Positions 24,401 to 36,900 of a stretch of DNA of 64,000 nucleotides are shown here, in pieces. The DNA comes from Mobula hypostoma. Its lineage: Eukaryota. The translations under genes and the position numbers were made by a program. The DNA lies in NCBI RefSeq assembly GCF_963921235.1, contig NC_086097.1, positions 106,766,001-106,830,000 on the forward strand. Direction: 5' to 3'. Numbering within the stretch: the first letter of the stretch is position 1; each line of letters opens with the position of its first letter. The notes below the pieces were generated by a model. That model saw nothing but the letters and a program-made list of their open reading frames with translations. It had not been told where the DNA came from and ran no database searches.

Positions 24401-26030
24401 CAGTGGATCTGATCTATATGGATTTTAGTAAGGCATTTGACAAGGTTCCACACGGTAGGCTTATTCAGAAAGTCAGAAGGCATGGGATCCAGGGAAGTTT
24501 GGCCAGGTGGATTCAGAATTGGCTTGCCTGCAGAAGGCAGAGAGTTGTAGTGGAGGGAGTACATTCAGATTGGAGGATTGGCACTAGTGGTGTCTCACAA
24601 GGATCTGTTCTGGGGCCTCTACTTTTCGTGATTTTTATTAACGACCTGGATGTGGGGTTAGAGGGGTGGGTTGGCAAGTTTGCAGACAACACAAAGGTTG
24701 GTGGTGTTGTAGATCGTGTAGAGGATTGTCAAAGATTGCAGAGAGACATTGATAGGATGCAGAAGTGGGCTGAGAAGTGGCAGATGGAGTTCAACCCGGA
24801 GAAGTGTGAGGTGGTACACTTTGGAATTGACAAACTCCAAGGCAAACTACAAAGTAAATGGCAGGATACTTGGTAGTGTGGAGGAGCAGAGAGATCCGGG
24901 GGTACATGTCCACAGATGCTTGAAAGTTGCCTCACAGGCAGACAGGGTAGTTAAGAAAGCTTATGAGGTGTTAGCTTTCATAAGTCGAGGGATAGAGCTT
25001 AAGAGTCACGATGTAATGATGCACCTCTATAAAACTCTGGTTAGGCCACAAGTGGAGTACTGTGTCCAGTTCTGGTCGCCTCACTATTGGAAGGATGTGA
25101 AAGCATTGGAAAGGGTACAGAAGAGATTTACCAAGATGCTGCCTGGTTTAGCGAGTATGGATTATGATCAGAGATTAAGGGAGCTAGGGCTTTACTCTTT
25201 GGAGAGAAGTAAGATGAGAGGAGACATGATAGAGGTATACAAGATATTAAGGGGAATAGCTAGAGTGGATAGCCAGCGCCTCTTTCCCAGGGTACCACTG
25301 CTCAATACAAGAAGACCTGGTTTTAAGGTAAGGGGTGGGAAGTTCAAGGAGGATATTAGAGGAAGGTTTTTTTACTTAGAGAGTGTTTGGTGCCTGGAAT
25401 GCACTGTCTGAGTCAGTGGTGGAGGCAGATACACTCGTGAAGTTTAAGAGACGACTAGACAGGTATATGGAGGAATTTAAGGTGGGGGGTTATATGGGAA
25501 GCAGGGTTTGAGGGTCGGCACAACATTGTGGGCCGAAGGACCTGTAATGCGCTGTACTATTCTATGTTCTATGTTAACTGTTTCTGATCCAGGTGGTGTG
25601 AGTCCTGAGGCTCTTGTACCTTCTTCCTGATGGCAGCAGCATGAAGAGAGCATGACCTGTGTGGGGCTCCCTGATGATGGATACTGCTTTTCTGTAACAA
25701 TGCTTCATGTAAATGTGCTCAATGGTGGGGAGGGCTATGGACTGGACTGTATCCACTACACTTTGTAGGATTTTCTTTTCAAGGGCATTGATGTTTCCAT
25801 AACAGTTTGTGATGCAGCCCGTCAATATACTCTCCACCACACATCTATAGAAGTTTGTCAAAGTTTTAGATGTCATGCCAGATCTCCACAAACTCCTTAG
25901 GAAGTAGAGGCTCTACCATGCTTTCCGCGTCATGCACTTAAGTGTTGCATGCAGGACAGTCCTCAGAAATGATAACACCGAGGAATTTAAAGTTGACCCT
26001 CTCCACTTCTGATGAGGACTGGCTCATGGA
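21435..26030 (-). mobile_element. Rex1/Babar-type LINE split by a CR1
   Basis: AGAGCCTGATGGTTGAGGGG (~21572-21589) continues as TAACTGTTTCTGATCCAGGTGG (~25575). ORF 25574-25891 reads LTNFYRCVVESILTGCIT...LLPSGRRYKSL. Confidence 0.8.
21591..25575 (+). mobile_element. Near full-length CR1 LINE (defective): ORF1 zinc finger/coiled coil/SGNH esterase; ORF2 APE endonuclease + RT
   Basis: ORF 21607-22461 has GDSIVRG and HVGTND. ORF 22670-23659 has LNARS, ITET, YRPP, GDFN and SDH. ORF 23746-24876 is the RT (FADN). Stops and frameshifts are present; (TTCTATG)n tail. Confidence 0.96.
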
Positions 26031-26452
26031 TCTGCTACAAACACAAAACCAGGGAAAATAGCCAACGAATCAGTTTCGAGAGAATGCAAACTTAACCAAT
26101 GTAAGCTCAGGTTGAAACGAAAGTGAGGTGAGGAACCTTAAGAGATTTGCTGCAAAGGAATGGAAGATCAGTAAAAAAAAAGTGGGAGACCAATAAGAGT
26201 GATAATCAGCTACACCACAGCAAGAGATTATTACAACAGAGGACGAGATTGCTTGCAATGGAGCACAGAATATACATTAACGGAGAAAATATCTAAAAAT
26301 GTAGATGGACATCTACAAAACAGCTCAATATCGGATTCAAAAGAATCAGAGATCAGGCACAAAGAGCAACAACAAATGGAGCTGAGGCTGGCTCTTGGAG
26401 ACTGGAGATCTGAGGTGATAAGAGAAGAATTTGGATGACAGTGGTAGGTCAG

Positions 26453-29400
26453 AATGTTAGAATGCTCCTCTTGCAGGATGTGGGAAGTCAGGGTGCCCTC
26501 CGGTGTCCCTGACAACGACACCTGCAAGAAGTGCATCCAGCTGCAGCTCCTAACAAACCACGTTAGGGAACTGGAGCAGGAGCTGGATGGCCTGCAGATC
26601 ATTCGGGAGAATGAGGAGATTATAGATCGTAGCTACAGGGAGGTAGTTACGCCAAAGGAGCAGAGGACAGGAAATTGGGTCACTGTCAGGTGAGGGAAGA
26701 GGAAAGTGCAGGCAGAGCAGGGTTCCCCTGTGGCCATTCCCCTCAACAACAAGTATACCGCATTGGATACTGTTGAGGGGGATGACTTACCTGGGACAAG
26801 CTGCAGTAGCCGGATCTCTGGCACTGAGTCTGGCTCTGCAGTGCAGAAGGGAGGGGGGGAAAAGAGGAGAGCGGTAGTGACAGGGGACTCAATAGTTAGA
26901 GGTGCAGATAGGAGGTTCTGTGGTCGTGACAGAGAATCCAGGATGGTTTGTTGCCTCCCGGGTGCCAGGGTCAAGGATGTCTCTGATCGATTGCATGACA
27001 TTCTGAAGTTGGAGGGTGACCAGCCAGATGTCGTGGTGCACATCGGTACCAATGACATAGCAAGGAAGAGTGAAGAGGTCCTGGACAGTGAGTATAGAGA
27101 GCTTGGTAGGAAGTTGAAAAGCAGGACCTCGAGGGTGGTAATCTCAGGATTGCTACCTGTGCTAGGTGCCAGTGAGGGTAGGAATAGGATGCTCTGGAGG
27201 AGGAACAAGTAGCTGAGGAACTGGTGTAGGGGGCAGGGTTTCAAATTTCAGGATCATTAGGACCTCTTCTGGGGCAGGTGGGACCTGTACAAGAGAGACG
27301 GGTTACATTTGAACCACAGGAGGACCAATATCCTTTCAGGAAGGTTTGTTAGTGCTATTGGGGAGGCTTTAAACTAGATTTGCAGGGGGATGGGAACCAG
27401 AGTGCCAGAGCTGACAGTGTGGCTGAGGTGAAAATAAATGATATTGAAGGTTTAAGCAAATCCGCTGATAGAAAGTTTGTGAGTGGTGTTAAAAATCTTC
27501 TGAGGTGTATATATTTCAATGCTAGGAGTATTGCGGGGAAGGCGGATGAGTTGAGGGTGTGGATTGACACGTGGAATTATGATGTTGTAGCAATTAGTGA
27601 AACTTGGCTACAGGAGGGGCAGGACTGGCAGCTTAATATTCCAGGGTTCCGATGTTTAGATGTGATCGAGGCAGAGGAATGAAAGCTGGGGGAGTAGCAA
27701 TGCTTGTTAGGGAAAATATTACAGCAGTGCTCAGGCAGGACAGATTAGAGGGCTTGTCTACTGAGTCCTGGGTGGAGTCCTGGGTGGAGCTGAGAAACAG
27801 GAAAGGTATGGCCACATTAGTGGGATTGTATTACAGACCACCCAATAGTCAACAAGACTTGGAAGAGCAAATCTGCAGAGAGATAGCAGGAAACTGCAGG
27901 AAACATAAAGTTGTGGTGGTAGGGGATTTTAATTTTCCATACATTGATTGGGATTCCCATACTGTTAGGGGTCTAGATGGTTTAGAGTTTGTAAACTGTG
28001 TTCAGGAAAGTTTTCTAAATCAGTATATAGAGGGACCAACTAGAGGGGATGCAATATTGGATCTCCTGTTAGGAAACGAATTAGGGCAAGTGACAGAAGT
28101 CTGTGTAGGGGAGCACTTTGGTTCCAGTGATCATAACACCATTAGTTTCAATTTGATCATGGACAAGGATAGATCTGGTCCTAGGGTTGAGGTTCTGAAC
28201 TGGAAGAAGGCCAAATTTGAAGAAATGAGAAAGGATCTAAAAAGCGTGGATTGGGACAGGTTGTTCTCTGGCAAGGATGTAATTGGTAGGTGGGAAGCCT
28301 TCAAAGGGGAAATTTTGAGAGTGCAGAGTTTGTATGTTCCTGTCAGGATTAAAGGCAAATTGAATAGGAATAAGGAACCTTGGTTCTCAAGGGATATTGC
28401 AACTCTGATAAAGAAGAAGAGGGAATTGTATGAAATGTATAGGAAACAGGGAGTAAATCAGGTGCTTGAGGAATATAAGAAGTGCAAGAAAATACTTAGG
28501 AAAGAAATCAGGAGGGCTAAAAGAAGACATGAAGTTGCCTTGGCAGTCAAAGTGAAGGATAATCCAAAGAGCTTTTACAAGTATATTAAGAGCAAAAGGA
28601 TTGTAAGGGATAAAATTGGTCCTCTTGAAGATCAGAGTGGTCGGCTTTGTGCGGAACCAAAGGAAATGGGGGAGATCTTAAACAGGTTTTTTGTGTCTGT
28701 ATTTACTAAGGAAGCTGGCATTAAATCTATGGAATTGAGGGAATCAAGTAGTGAGACCATGGAAACTGTACAAATTGAAAAGGAGGAGGTCCTTGCTGTC
28801 TTGAGGAAAATTAAAGTGGATAAATCCCCGGGACCTGACAGAGTGTTCCCTCGGACCTTGAAGGAGACTAGTGTTGAAATTGCGGGGGCCCTGGCAGAAA
28901 TAATTAAAATGTCGCTGTCTACGGGTGAAGTGCCGGAGGATTGGAGAGTGGCTCATGTTGTTCCGTTGTTTGAAAAAGGATCAAAAAGTAATCCGGGAAA
29001 TTATAGGCCGGTGAGTTTAACGTCAGTAGTAGGTAAGTTATTGGAGGGAGTACTAAAAAACAGAATCTACAATCATTTGGATAGCTAGGGGCTTATTAGG
29101 GAGAGTCAACATGGCTTTGTGCGTGGTAGGTCATGTTTGACCAATCTATTGGGAGTTTTTCGAGGAGGTTACCAGGAAAGTGGATGAAGAGAAGGCAGTG
29201 GATATTGTCTACATGGACTTCAGTAAGGCCTTTGACAAGGTCCTGCATGGGAGGTTAGTTAGGAAAATTCAGTCGCTAGGTATACATGAAGAGGTGGTAA
29301 ATTGGATTAGACATTGGCTTGATGGAAGAAGCCAAAGAGTGGTGGTAGAGAATTGCTTCTCTGAGTGGAGGCCTGTGACTAGTGGTGTGCCACAGGGATC

Positions 29401-30388
29401 AGTGCTGGGTCCATTGTTATTTGTCATCTATATCAATGATCTGGATGATAATGTGGTAAATTGGATCAGCAAGTTTGCTGATGATACAAAGATTGGAGGT
29501 GTAGTAGACAGTGAGGAAGGTTTTCAGAGCCTGCAGAGGGACTTGGACCATCTGGAAAAATGGGCTGAAAAATGGCAGATGGAGTTTAATACTGACAAGT
29601 GTGAGGTATTGCACGTTGGAAGGACAAACCAACGTAGAACATACAGGGTTAATGGTAAGGCACTGAGGAGTGCAGCGGAACAGAGGGATCTGGGAATACA
29701 GATACAAAATTCCCTAAAAGTGTCGTCACAGGTAGTTAGGATCGTAAAGAGAGGTTTTGGTACATTGGCCTTTATTAATCGAAGTACTGAGTATAAGAGC
29801 TGGAATGTTATGATGAGGTTGTATAAGGCATTGGTGAGGCCGAATCTGGAGTATTGTGTTCAGTTTTGGTCACCAAATTACAGGAAGGATATAAATAAGG
29901 TTGAAAGAGTGCAGAGAAGGTTTACAAGGATGTTGCCGGGACTTGAGAAACTCAATTACAGAGAAAGGTTGAATAGGTTAGGACTTTATTCCCTGGAGCG
30001 TAGAAGAATGAGGGGAGATTTGATAGAGGTATATAAAATTATGATGGGTATAGATAGAGTGAATGCAAGCAGGCTTTTTCCACTGAGGCAAGGGGAGAAA
30101 AAAACCAGAGGACATGGGTTAAGGGTGAGGGGGGAAAAGTTTAAAGGGAACATTAGGGGGGGCTTCTTCACACAGAGAGTGGTGGGAGTATGGAATGAGC
30201 TGCTGGACGAGGTGGTAAATGCAGGTTCTCTTCTAACATATAAGAATAAATTGGACAGATACATGGATGGGAGGTGTATGGAGGGATATGGTCCGTGTGC
30301 AGGTCAGTGGGACTAGGCAGAAAATGGTTCGGCACAGCCAAGAAGGGCCAAAGGGCCTGTTTCTGTGCTGTAGTTTCTATGGTTCTAT
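26453..30388 (+). mobile_element. Near full-length CR1 LINE (defective)
   Basis: ORF1 has CSSC...CKKC plus SGNH motifs (26454-27212). ORF2 is in pieces at 27380-27682, 27652-29088 and 29180-30316 (FADD). Putative TSD GGTCAG at 26447-26452 and 30389-30394. Confidence 0.96.
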
Positions 30389-30509
30389 GGTCAGCTACAA
30401 ATGAGCAAAGGATAAGCTCCACAAGAGTAGTTGATCAACAAGGATGAGGCAGACATCATCTCCAGTTAAGGAAGATGTAAGCTACAAAACAGCATAATAT
30501 TAGGAGATA

Positions 30510-30780
30510 ACACACAAAATATTGTTGGAACTCAGCAGGTCAGACACGTCTATGGAAATGAATAAGCAGTTGACATTTCAGGCCAAAACCCTTCTTCAGG
30601 ACTAGAAAGGAAGGGGGAAGATGCCAGAATAAAAAGGTGGAGGGAGGGTAGCTGGAAGATGATAGGTGAAGCCAGGTATGTGGGAAAGGTAAAGAACTGG
30701 AGATGAAGGAATCTGACTGGAGAGGAGAGTGGACCGTAGGAGAAAGGGAAGGAGGAGGGGACGCAGGGAAAAAGGAGGCA
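30510..30780 (-). mobile_element. Older Penelope-like terminal fragment with a decayed hammerhead
   Basis: Minus strand AGTC-CTGAAGA-AGGGTTTTGGCCT-GAAATGTCAACT at ~30567-30603, followed by the purine-rich PLE UTR. Confidence 0.7.
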
Positions 30781-31085
30781 TCAGCTGAAAATACCAAATT
30801 AGATCCACCTGGAACAGAAGTAGGAGAAACATCAAGTGAAAAACTAGAAAGATGCATAAATCAGATGAAAAGGGGAATAGATAAACCTTAAAAAAGTGGA
30901 TTAGCTGCCAAAAAGCAGGCGGGCAGCAATAAAAGACATAAGATCCTCAGAATCTACAAAAGAACTGGGGATCTGTTAGACTTGCGGGTGGCATTACCAG
31001 CCAAATTGCAGGTAAACAGCTGGAAAAATTGGAGGATAAGATACACTGGAGATCAGCAATACAAAATCAGAGAATTGCAAAATAT

Positions 31086-31765
31086 TAGATTTAGATTATG
31101 AGGACACTCAGTCCTTGTTTATTGTCATTTAAAAATGCATGCATTAAAAACGATACAATGTTCCTCCAGAATGATATCACAAGAAACACAGGACAAATCA
31201 AGACTAAAACTGACAAAACCACATAATTATAACATATAGTTACAACAGTGCAAAGCAATACCGTAATTTTATAAAGAGCAGACCATGGGCACGGTAAAAA
31301 AAAAGGTCTCAAAGTCTCATCATCTCACGCAGACGGTAGAAGGGAGAAACTCTTCCTGCCATGAACCTCCAAGTGCCGCAAACTTGCCGATGCAGCACCA
31401 ATGGAAGCACCCGACCACAGTGGACTCTGAGTCCGTCCGAAAACTTCGAACCTCCGACCAGCCCTTCGACACTGAGCACCAAGCACCATCCTCTGCTGAG
31501 CGCTTCAACCACCCGCCACCCCCCGGCCACCAAGCAACAAGCAAAGCCGAGGACTCGGGGCCTTCCCTTCCACAGATTTCGGACCACAAAGTAGCAGCAG
31601 CAGCAAAACAGGCATTTCAGAGTTTCAAAAGATGTTCCTCCGTGTTCTCACGTCCGTCTCCATCAAATCAGGATTGTGCACGGCACCCTACTTGACAAAT
31701 AACAGACATCACTACCGGAGTGGCCACTGTGAGCTGCGCCACGCTGCCATCTTCTCCTCTCCTCC
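31086..31765 (-). mobile_element. 680-bp non-autonomous retroelement (LINE-like 5' end and 3' tail, no ORF)
   Basis: Minus strand starts GGAGGAGAGGAGAAGATGGCAGCG, has a CpG-rich body, and ends AATAAAC...ATAATCTAAATCTA. TSD AAATAT at 31080-31085 and 31766-31771. Confidence 0.65.
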
Positions 31766-32234
31766 AAATATCTTCTTCGCTACATATTAGGTAAACCAAT
31801 AGCAATAGCGCAGCTAGAAAAGACACGAGATCACTTCCAAAAGACAGGGTTGTCAAAAATAGAGGAAAAACCTGAAAGAAAACACAGGAGATAAGCAGTA
31901 GAGGAGCAGGAAATCAACTCCTAGCAAAGGATTCAATGGCATCTGCAATGAAATGTACCACTGGTACAAAATGGTGAAGATTAGACATCAACAGAGCATG
32001 ATATCTGATAAAAATGAGTGTGAGATCAGATACAAAAAGGGAACGGTAACAAAGGAGATGAGATAAACTGCAAGATCTAAGAGGTCAACAACAAGAAGGA
32101 AGAAACAGGTAATAATCTATGTTCAAGCTGGAGCTCAGCTATGATACAGTGGCAGGTTAGAATATAGAACAGTGCAGTACATGAACAGGCTCTTTCACCC
32201 ATGATAGCTGTGCTGACTATAATGCCTAGTGCCA

Positions 32235-32720
32235 ACCATTAAGCTGATGCTGAGATACATCCTAGGTTGCGCAGGGCCATATCGTCGGTGATGTAACCTG
32301 GGGTCATCAGGTATTTTAGGTCTTTCAACATCAGACACTCTCACCCAGGTGACCTAGCCAGGGTTGATCAGGCCTCAGCTTGTGACCCAGCTGTATTAGT
32401 CCGGGTCACCGCTCGTGGTCCATGGCTATCTTGAGGCTTTCTCAGCAGCCTTTGTGACAGAATTGATTGGTCTTTTCTTTGCAGCCCTATAATGCCATGC
32501 AGAGAGTAGGGTCTTCAGTGAGCAGCCAGCAAAACCTCTACACCCCACCTCTATAGGCTCGCATTGTGCCCTCTACCCCTGACTCTGGCATAGCTCTACC
32601 AGCTCCTGGTATTTGGCTTTCTTACATTTCAATGGCTCCTCAATCTAGTCTTGGCAAGGAACTGTCAGTTCTACCACAACCACCTGCTTTGAGGTTTCTA
32701 ATAGAATGACCATGTCATCA
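32235..32720 (-). mobile_element. HERO (R2-Hero) non-LTR retrotransposon 3' fragment, restriction-like endonuclease domain
   Basis: Manual minus-strand translation gives DMVILLETSKQVVVVELTVPCQD*IEEPLKCKKAKYQELVELCQSQG*RAQCEPIEVGCRGFAG, matching the HERO ELTVP...K..KY...PIEVGCRG pattern. Confidence 0.82.
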
Positions 32721-32861
32721 TCGTCAGGGATGATAATGCACTGAGGTCCAAATACCATCAGCTACAGATGAGAAGGTGAAAAGCCAAAAGAGTGAGTGAT
32801 GTCAAAAAAGGGCAAACACTTACAAAATAGCAAGCAATGTCAATGGATAATAATGTTGATT

Positions 32862-33095
32862 GGACAGCATGGCAGCACAGTAGTTAGTGTAATGCTTTAC
32901 AATGCCAACGACCCAGGTTTAAGTCCGCTGTTACCTATAAGGAGTTTGTACAATCTCCCTGTGACCATGTGGGTTTCCTCTGCATGCTCTAGTTTCCTCT
33001 TACATTCCAAAGAAGTATGAGTTAGGATTAGTAAATTGTGGGCATGCCTGTGTTGGCACTAGAAGCATAGTAACCTGCCTCCAGCACATTCTTGG
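32862..33095 (+). mobile_element. tRNA-derived V-SINE-like element
   Basis: tRNA-like head followed by GTGGGTTTCCTCTGCATGCTCTAGTTTCCTCTTACATTCCAAAGA (V-domain-like). Confidence 0.65.
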
Positions 33096-33564
33096 ATAGA
33101 TAAAGCTAATCTGTTGTCAAAAAAATGACAATAAAGAATGATAAAAGATAGGCTAAAAGTGAGCAGGGATCAGCTAAAGAAAATGGGCAGCAGAACACTT
33201 GATGGTCAGCTGGAAAACAGCAGAAAGTCAACAACCAAAAGCCAGGTGAGCAAAGTAACACAAGATCACGTATAAGACAGGAGAGAAGCTACAAAAGAGT
33301 GGAGATAAAGCTAAAAATACAGATCAGAGACAAAAGAGAGGCAGTAATCTACATCAGTGTAGGAGGTCAGCTATAATAAAACTGTAAGACATCTGCATAT
33401 GAGCAGGAGATACACAACAAAAAAACACTAGATCTGACAGAAAGGTAGGTGACATACTTGCAAAGATGTAAGGTACAAAAATAATCTACATAGAAACAAG
33501 GGCCATCAACAACAAAAGGACAGAAGATCAACTAAAATAAAGGGCAATATTAGTTACAAAAGTG

Positions 33565-33915
33565 TGGGGGATCAACCACTGATGCCCAGGAACAGAACAC
33601 ACTACAGTAAGTGGTGGACACAGTCCGATCCATCGCAGGTTAAGGCTTCCCTGCTACTAAGCACATTTACAAGAAGTACTGCCACAAAAAAACTGTATCT
33701 AACATCAAGAACCCCCACCATTCAGCCCATGCTCTCTTCTCACTGCTACCACTGTGCAGAGAGTACAAGAGCCTTATGACCCACAGCATCAAGTTTAGGA
33801 ACTGTTGTAACCATGCAACCATCAGGCTCCTGAACCACCATGGATAACTTCTCTCACCTCAACTCTGAACTACTTCCACAAGCTACAGATTCACTTCCAA
33901 GGATTCCACAACTAG
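33565..33915 (+). mobile_element. Decayed Rex1-like 3' fragment
   Basis: CATGCTCTCTTCTCACTGCTACCA...AGAGTACAAGAGCC resembles the HALFSLLPSGRRYRS region. Confidence 0.6.
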
Positions 33916-36900
33916 ATCCTGGAATGGTGTAATAATAACAGAGTTGTCGTGATGGGAGATTTTAATTTCCCAAATATTGATTGGCATCTCCCTACAGTAA
34001 GGGGTTTAGATGGGGGGGAGTTTGTTAGGTGTGTTTAGGAACGTTTCTTTACACAATATGTAGATAAGCCGACAAGAGGAGAGGCTGTACTTGATTTGGT
34101 ATTGGGAAATGAACCTGGTCAGGTGTCAGATCTCTCAGAGGGAGAGCATTTTGGAAATAGTGATCATAATTCTATCTTCTTTACAATAGCATTGGAGAAA
34201 GATAGGAACAGACAAGTTAGAAAAGCGTTTAATTAGAGTAAGGGGAATTATGAGGCTATCAGGCAGGAAATTGGAAGCTTAAATTGGAAACAGATGTTCT
34301 CAAGGAAAAGTTCGTTAGAAATGTGGCAAATGTTCAGGGAGTATTTGTGTGGAGTTCTGCATAGGTGCGTTCCAATGAGACAGGGAAGTTATGGCAGGGT
34401 ACAGGAACCGTGGTGTGCAAAGGCTGTAATAAATCTAGCCAAGAAGAAAAGCTTACAAGAGGTTCAGAGAGCTACGTAATGTTAGAGATTTAGAAGATTA
34501 TAAGGCTAATAGGAAGGAGTTTAAGAAGGAAGTTAGGAGAGCCAGAATGGGCCATCAGAAGGCCTTGGCGGGCAGGATTAAGGAAAACCCCAAGGCATTC
34601 TACAAGTATATGAAGAGCAAGAGGATAAGACGTGAAAGAAGAGGACCTATCAAGTGTGACAGTGGGAAAGTATGTATGGAACTGGAGGAAATAGCAGAGA
34701 TACTTAATGAATACTTTACTTCAGTATTCTCTGTGGAAAAGGATCTTGGTGATTGCAGTGATGACTTACAGCAGATTGAAAAGCTTGAGCATGTAGATAT
34801 TAAGAAAGAGGATGTGCTGGAACTTTTGGAAAGCATCAAGTTGGGTAAGTTGCCGGGACCAGATGAGATGTACCCCAGACTACTGAGGTAGGCAAGGCAG
34901 GAGAGTGCAGAGCCTCTGGCAATGATCTTTACATCATCAATGGGGACAGGAGAGGTTCCGGAGAATTGCAGGGTTGCGGATGTTGTTCCTTTATTCAAGA
35001 AAGGGAGTAGAGAGAGCCCAGGAAATTATAGACCAGTGAATCTTACCTCAGTAGTTGGTAAGCTGATGGAGAAGATCCTGAGAGGCAGGATTTATGAACA
35101 TTTCGAGAGGTATAATACAATTAGGAATAGTCAGCATGGCTCCGTCAAGGGGAGCTCATGCCTTACGAGCCTGACTGAATTTTTTGAGGATGTGACTAAA
35201 CACATTGATGAAAGAAGAGCAGTAGTTGTAGTGTATATGGATTTCAGCAAGGCATTTGATAAGGTACCCCATGCAAGGTTTATTGAGAAAGTAAGGAGGC
35301 ATGGGATCCAAGGGGACATTGCTTTGTGGATCCAGAATTGGCTTTCCCACAGAAGGCAAGGAGTGGTTGTAGACGGGTCATATTCTGCATGGACATCGGT
35401 CACCAGTGGAGTGCCTCAGGGATCTGTTCTGGGACCCTTACTCTTCGTGATTTTTATAAATGACCTTGATGAGGAAGTGGAGGGATGGGTTAATAAGTTT
35501 GCTGATGACACAAAGGTTGGAGGTGTTGTGGACAATGTGGAGGGCTGTCAGAGGTTACAGCAGGACATCGATAGGATGCAAAACTGGGCTGAGAAGTGGC
35601 AGATGGAGTTCAACCCAGATAAATGTGAAGTGATTCATTTCGCTAGGTCAAGTATGATGGCAGAATACAGCATTAATGGTAAGACTCTTGGCAGTGTGGA
35701 GGATTAGAGGGATCTTGGGGTCCGAGTCCACAGGACATTCAAAGCAGCTGCAAAGGTTGACTCTGTGCTTAAGAAGGCGTACGGCGTATTAGCCTTCATC
35801 AATCGTGGAAGTGAATTTAGGAACCGATAGGTAATGTTGCAGCTATATAGGACCCTGGTCAGACCACACTTGGAGTACTGTGCTCAGTTCTGGTCGCCTC
35901 ACTACAGGAAGGATGTGGAAGCCATAGAAAGGGTGCAGAGGAGATTTACAAGGATGTTGCCTGGATTGGGGAGCATGCCTTATGAGAATACAATAGACAA
36001 TAGACAATAGGTGCAGAAGTAGACCACTCAGCCCTTCGAGCCTGCACCGCCATTCTGAGATCATAGCTGATCATCTACTATCAATACCCGGTTCCTGCAT
36101 TGTCCCCATAACCCTTGATTCCCCTATCCATAAGACACCTATCTAGCTCCCTCTTGAAAGCATCCAGAGAATTGGCCTCCACTGCCTTCTGAGGCAGCGC
36201 ATTCCACACCTCCACAATTCTCTGGGAGAAGAAGTTCCTCCTCAACTCTGTCCTAAATGACCTACCCCTTATTCTCAAACCATGCCCTCTGGTACTGGAC
36301 TCTCCCAGCATCTGGAACATATTTCCTGCCTCTATCTTGTCCACTCCCTTAAGAATCTTATATGTCTCAATCAGATCCCCCCTCAATCTCCTTAATTCCA
36401 GCGTGTACAAGCCCAGTCTCTCTAACCTCTCTGCGTAAGACAGTCCGGACATCCCAGGAATTAACCTAGTGAACCTACGCTGCACCTCCTCCACAGCCAG
36501 GATGTCCTTCCTTAACCCTGGAGACCAAATCTGCACACAATACTCCAGGTGCGGTCTGACCGGGGCCCTGTACAAATGCAAAAGGCTTTCTTTGCTCTTG
36601 TACTCAATTCCCTTTGTAATAATGGCCAACATTCCATTAGCCTTCTTCACTGCCTGCTGCACTTGCTCATTCACCTTCAGAGACTGATGAACAAGTACTC
36701 CTAGATCTCTTTGTATTTCTCCCTTACCTTACTCCACACCGTTCAGATAATAATCTGCCTTCTTGTTCTTGCTCCCAAAGTGAAGAACCTCACACTTATT
36801 CACATTAAACGCCATCTGCCAAGTTTCTGCCCACTCACCCAGCCTATCCAAGTCACCTTGAATTCTAACATCCTCATCACATGTCACACTGCCACCCAGC

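Noticed and set aside
21607..27212. Host SGNH/GDSL esterase genes
   Set aside because: Both are CR1 ORF1, directly upstream of an APE-RT ORF2, and carry stops or frameshifts.
30567..30603. Functional hammerheads at 30.6, 45.2, 52.3 and 53.4 kb and on the + arm at 13696
   Set aside because: Core or stem nucleotides are mutated or truncated.
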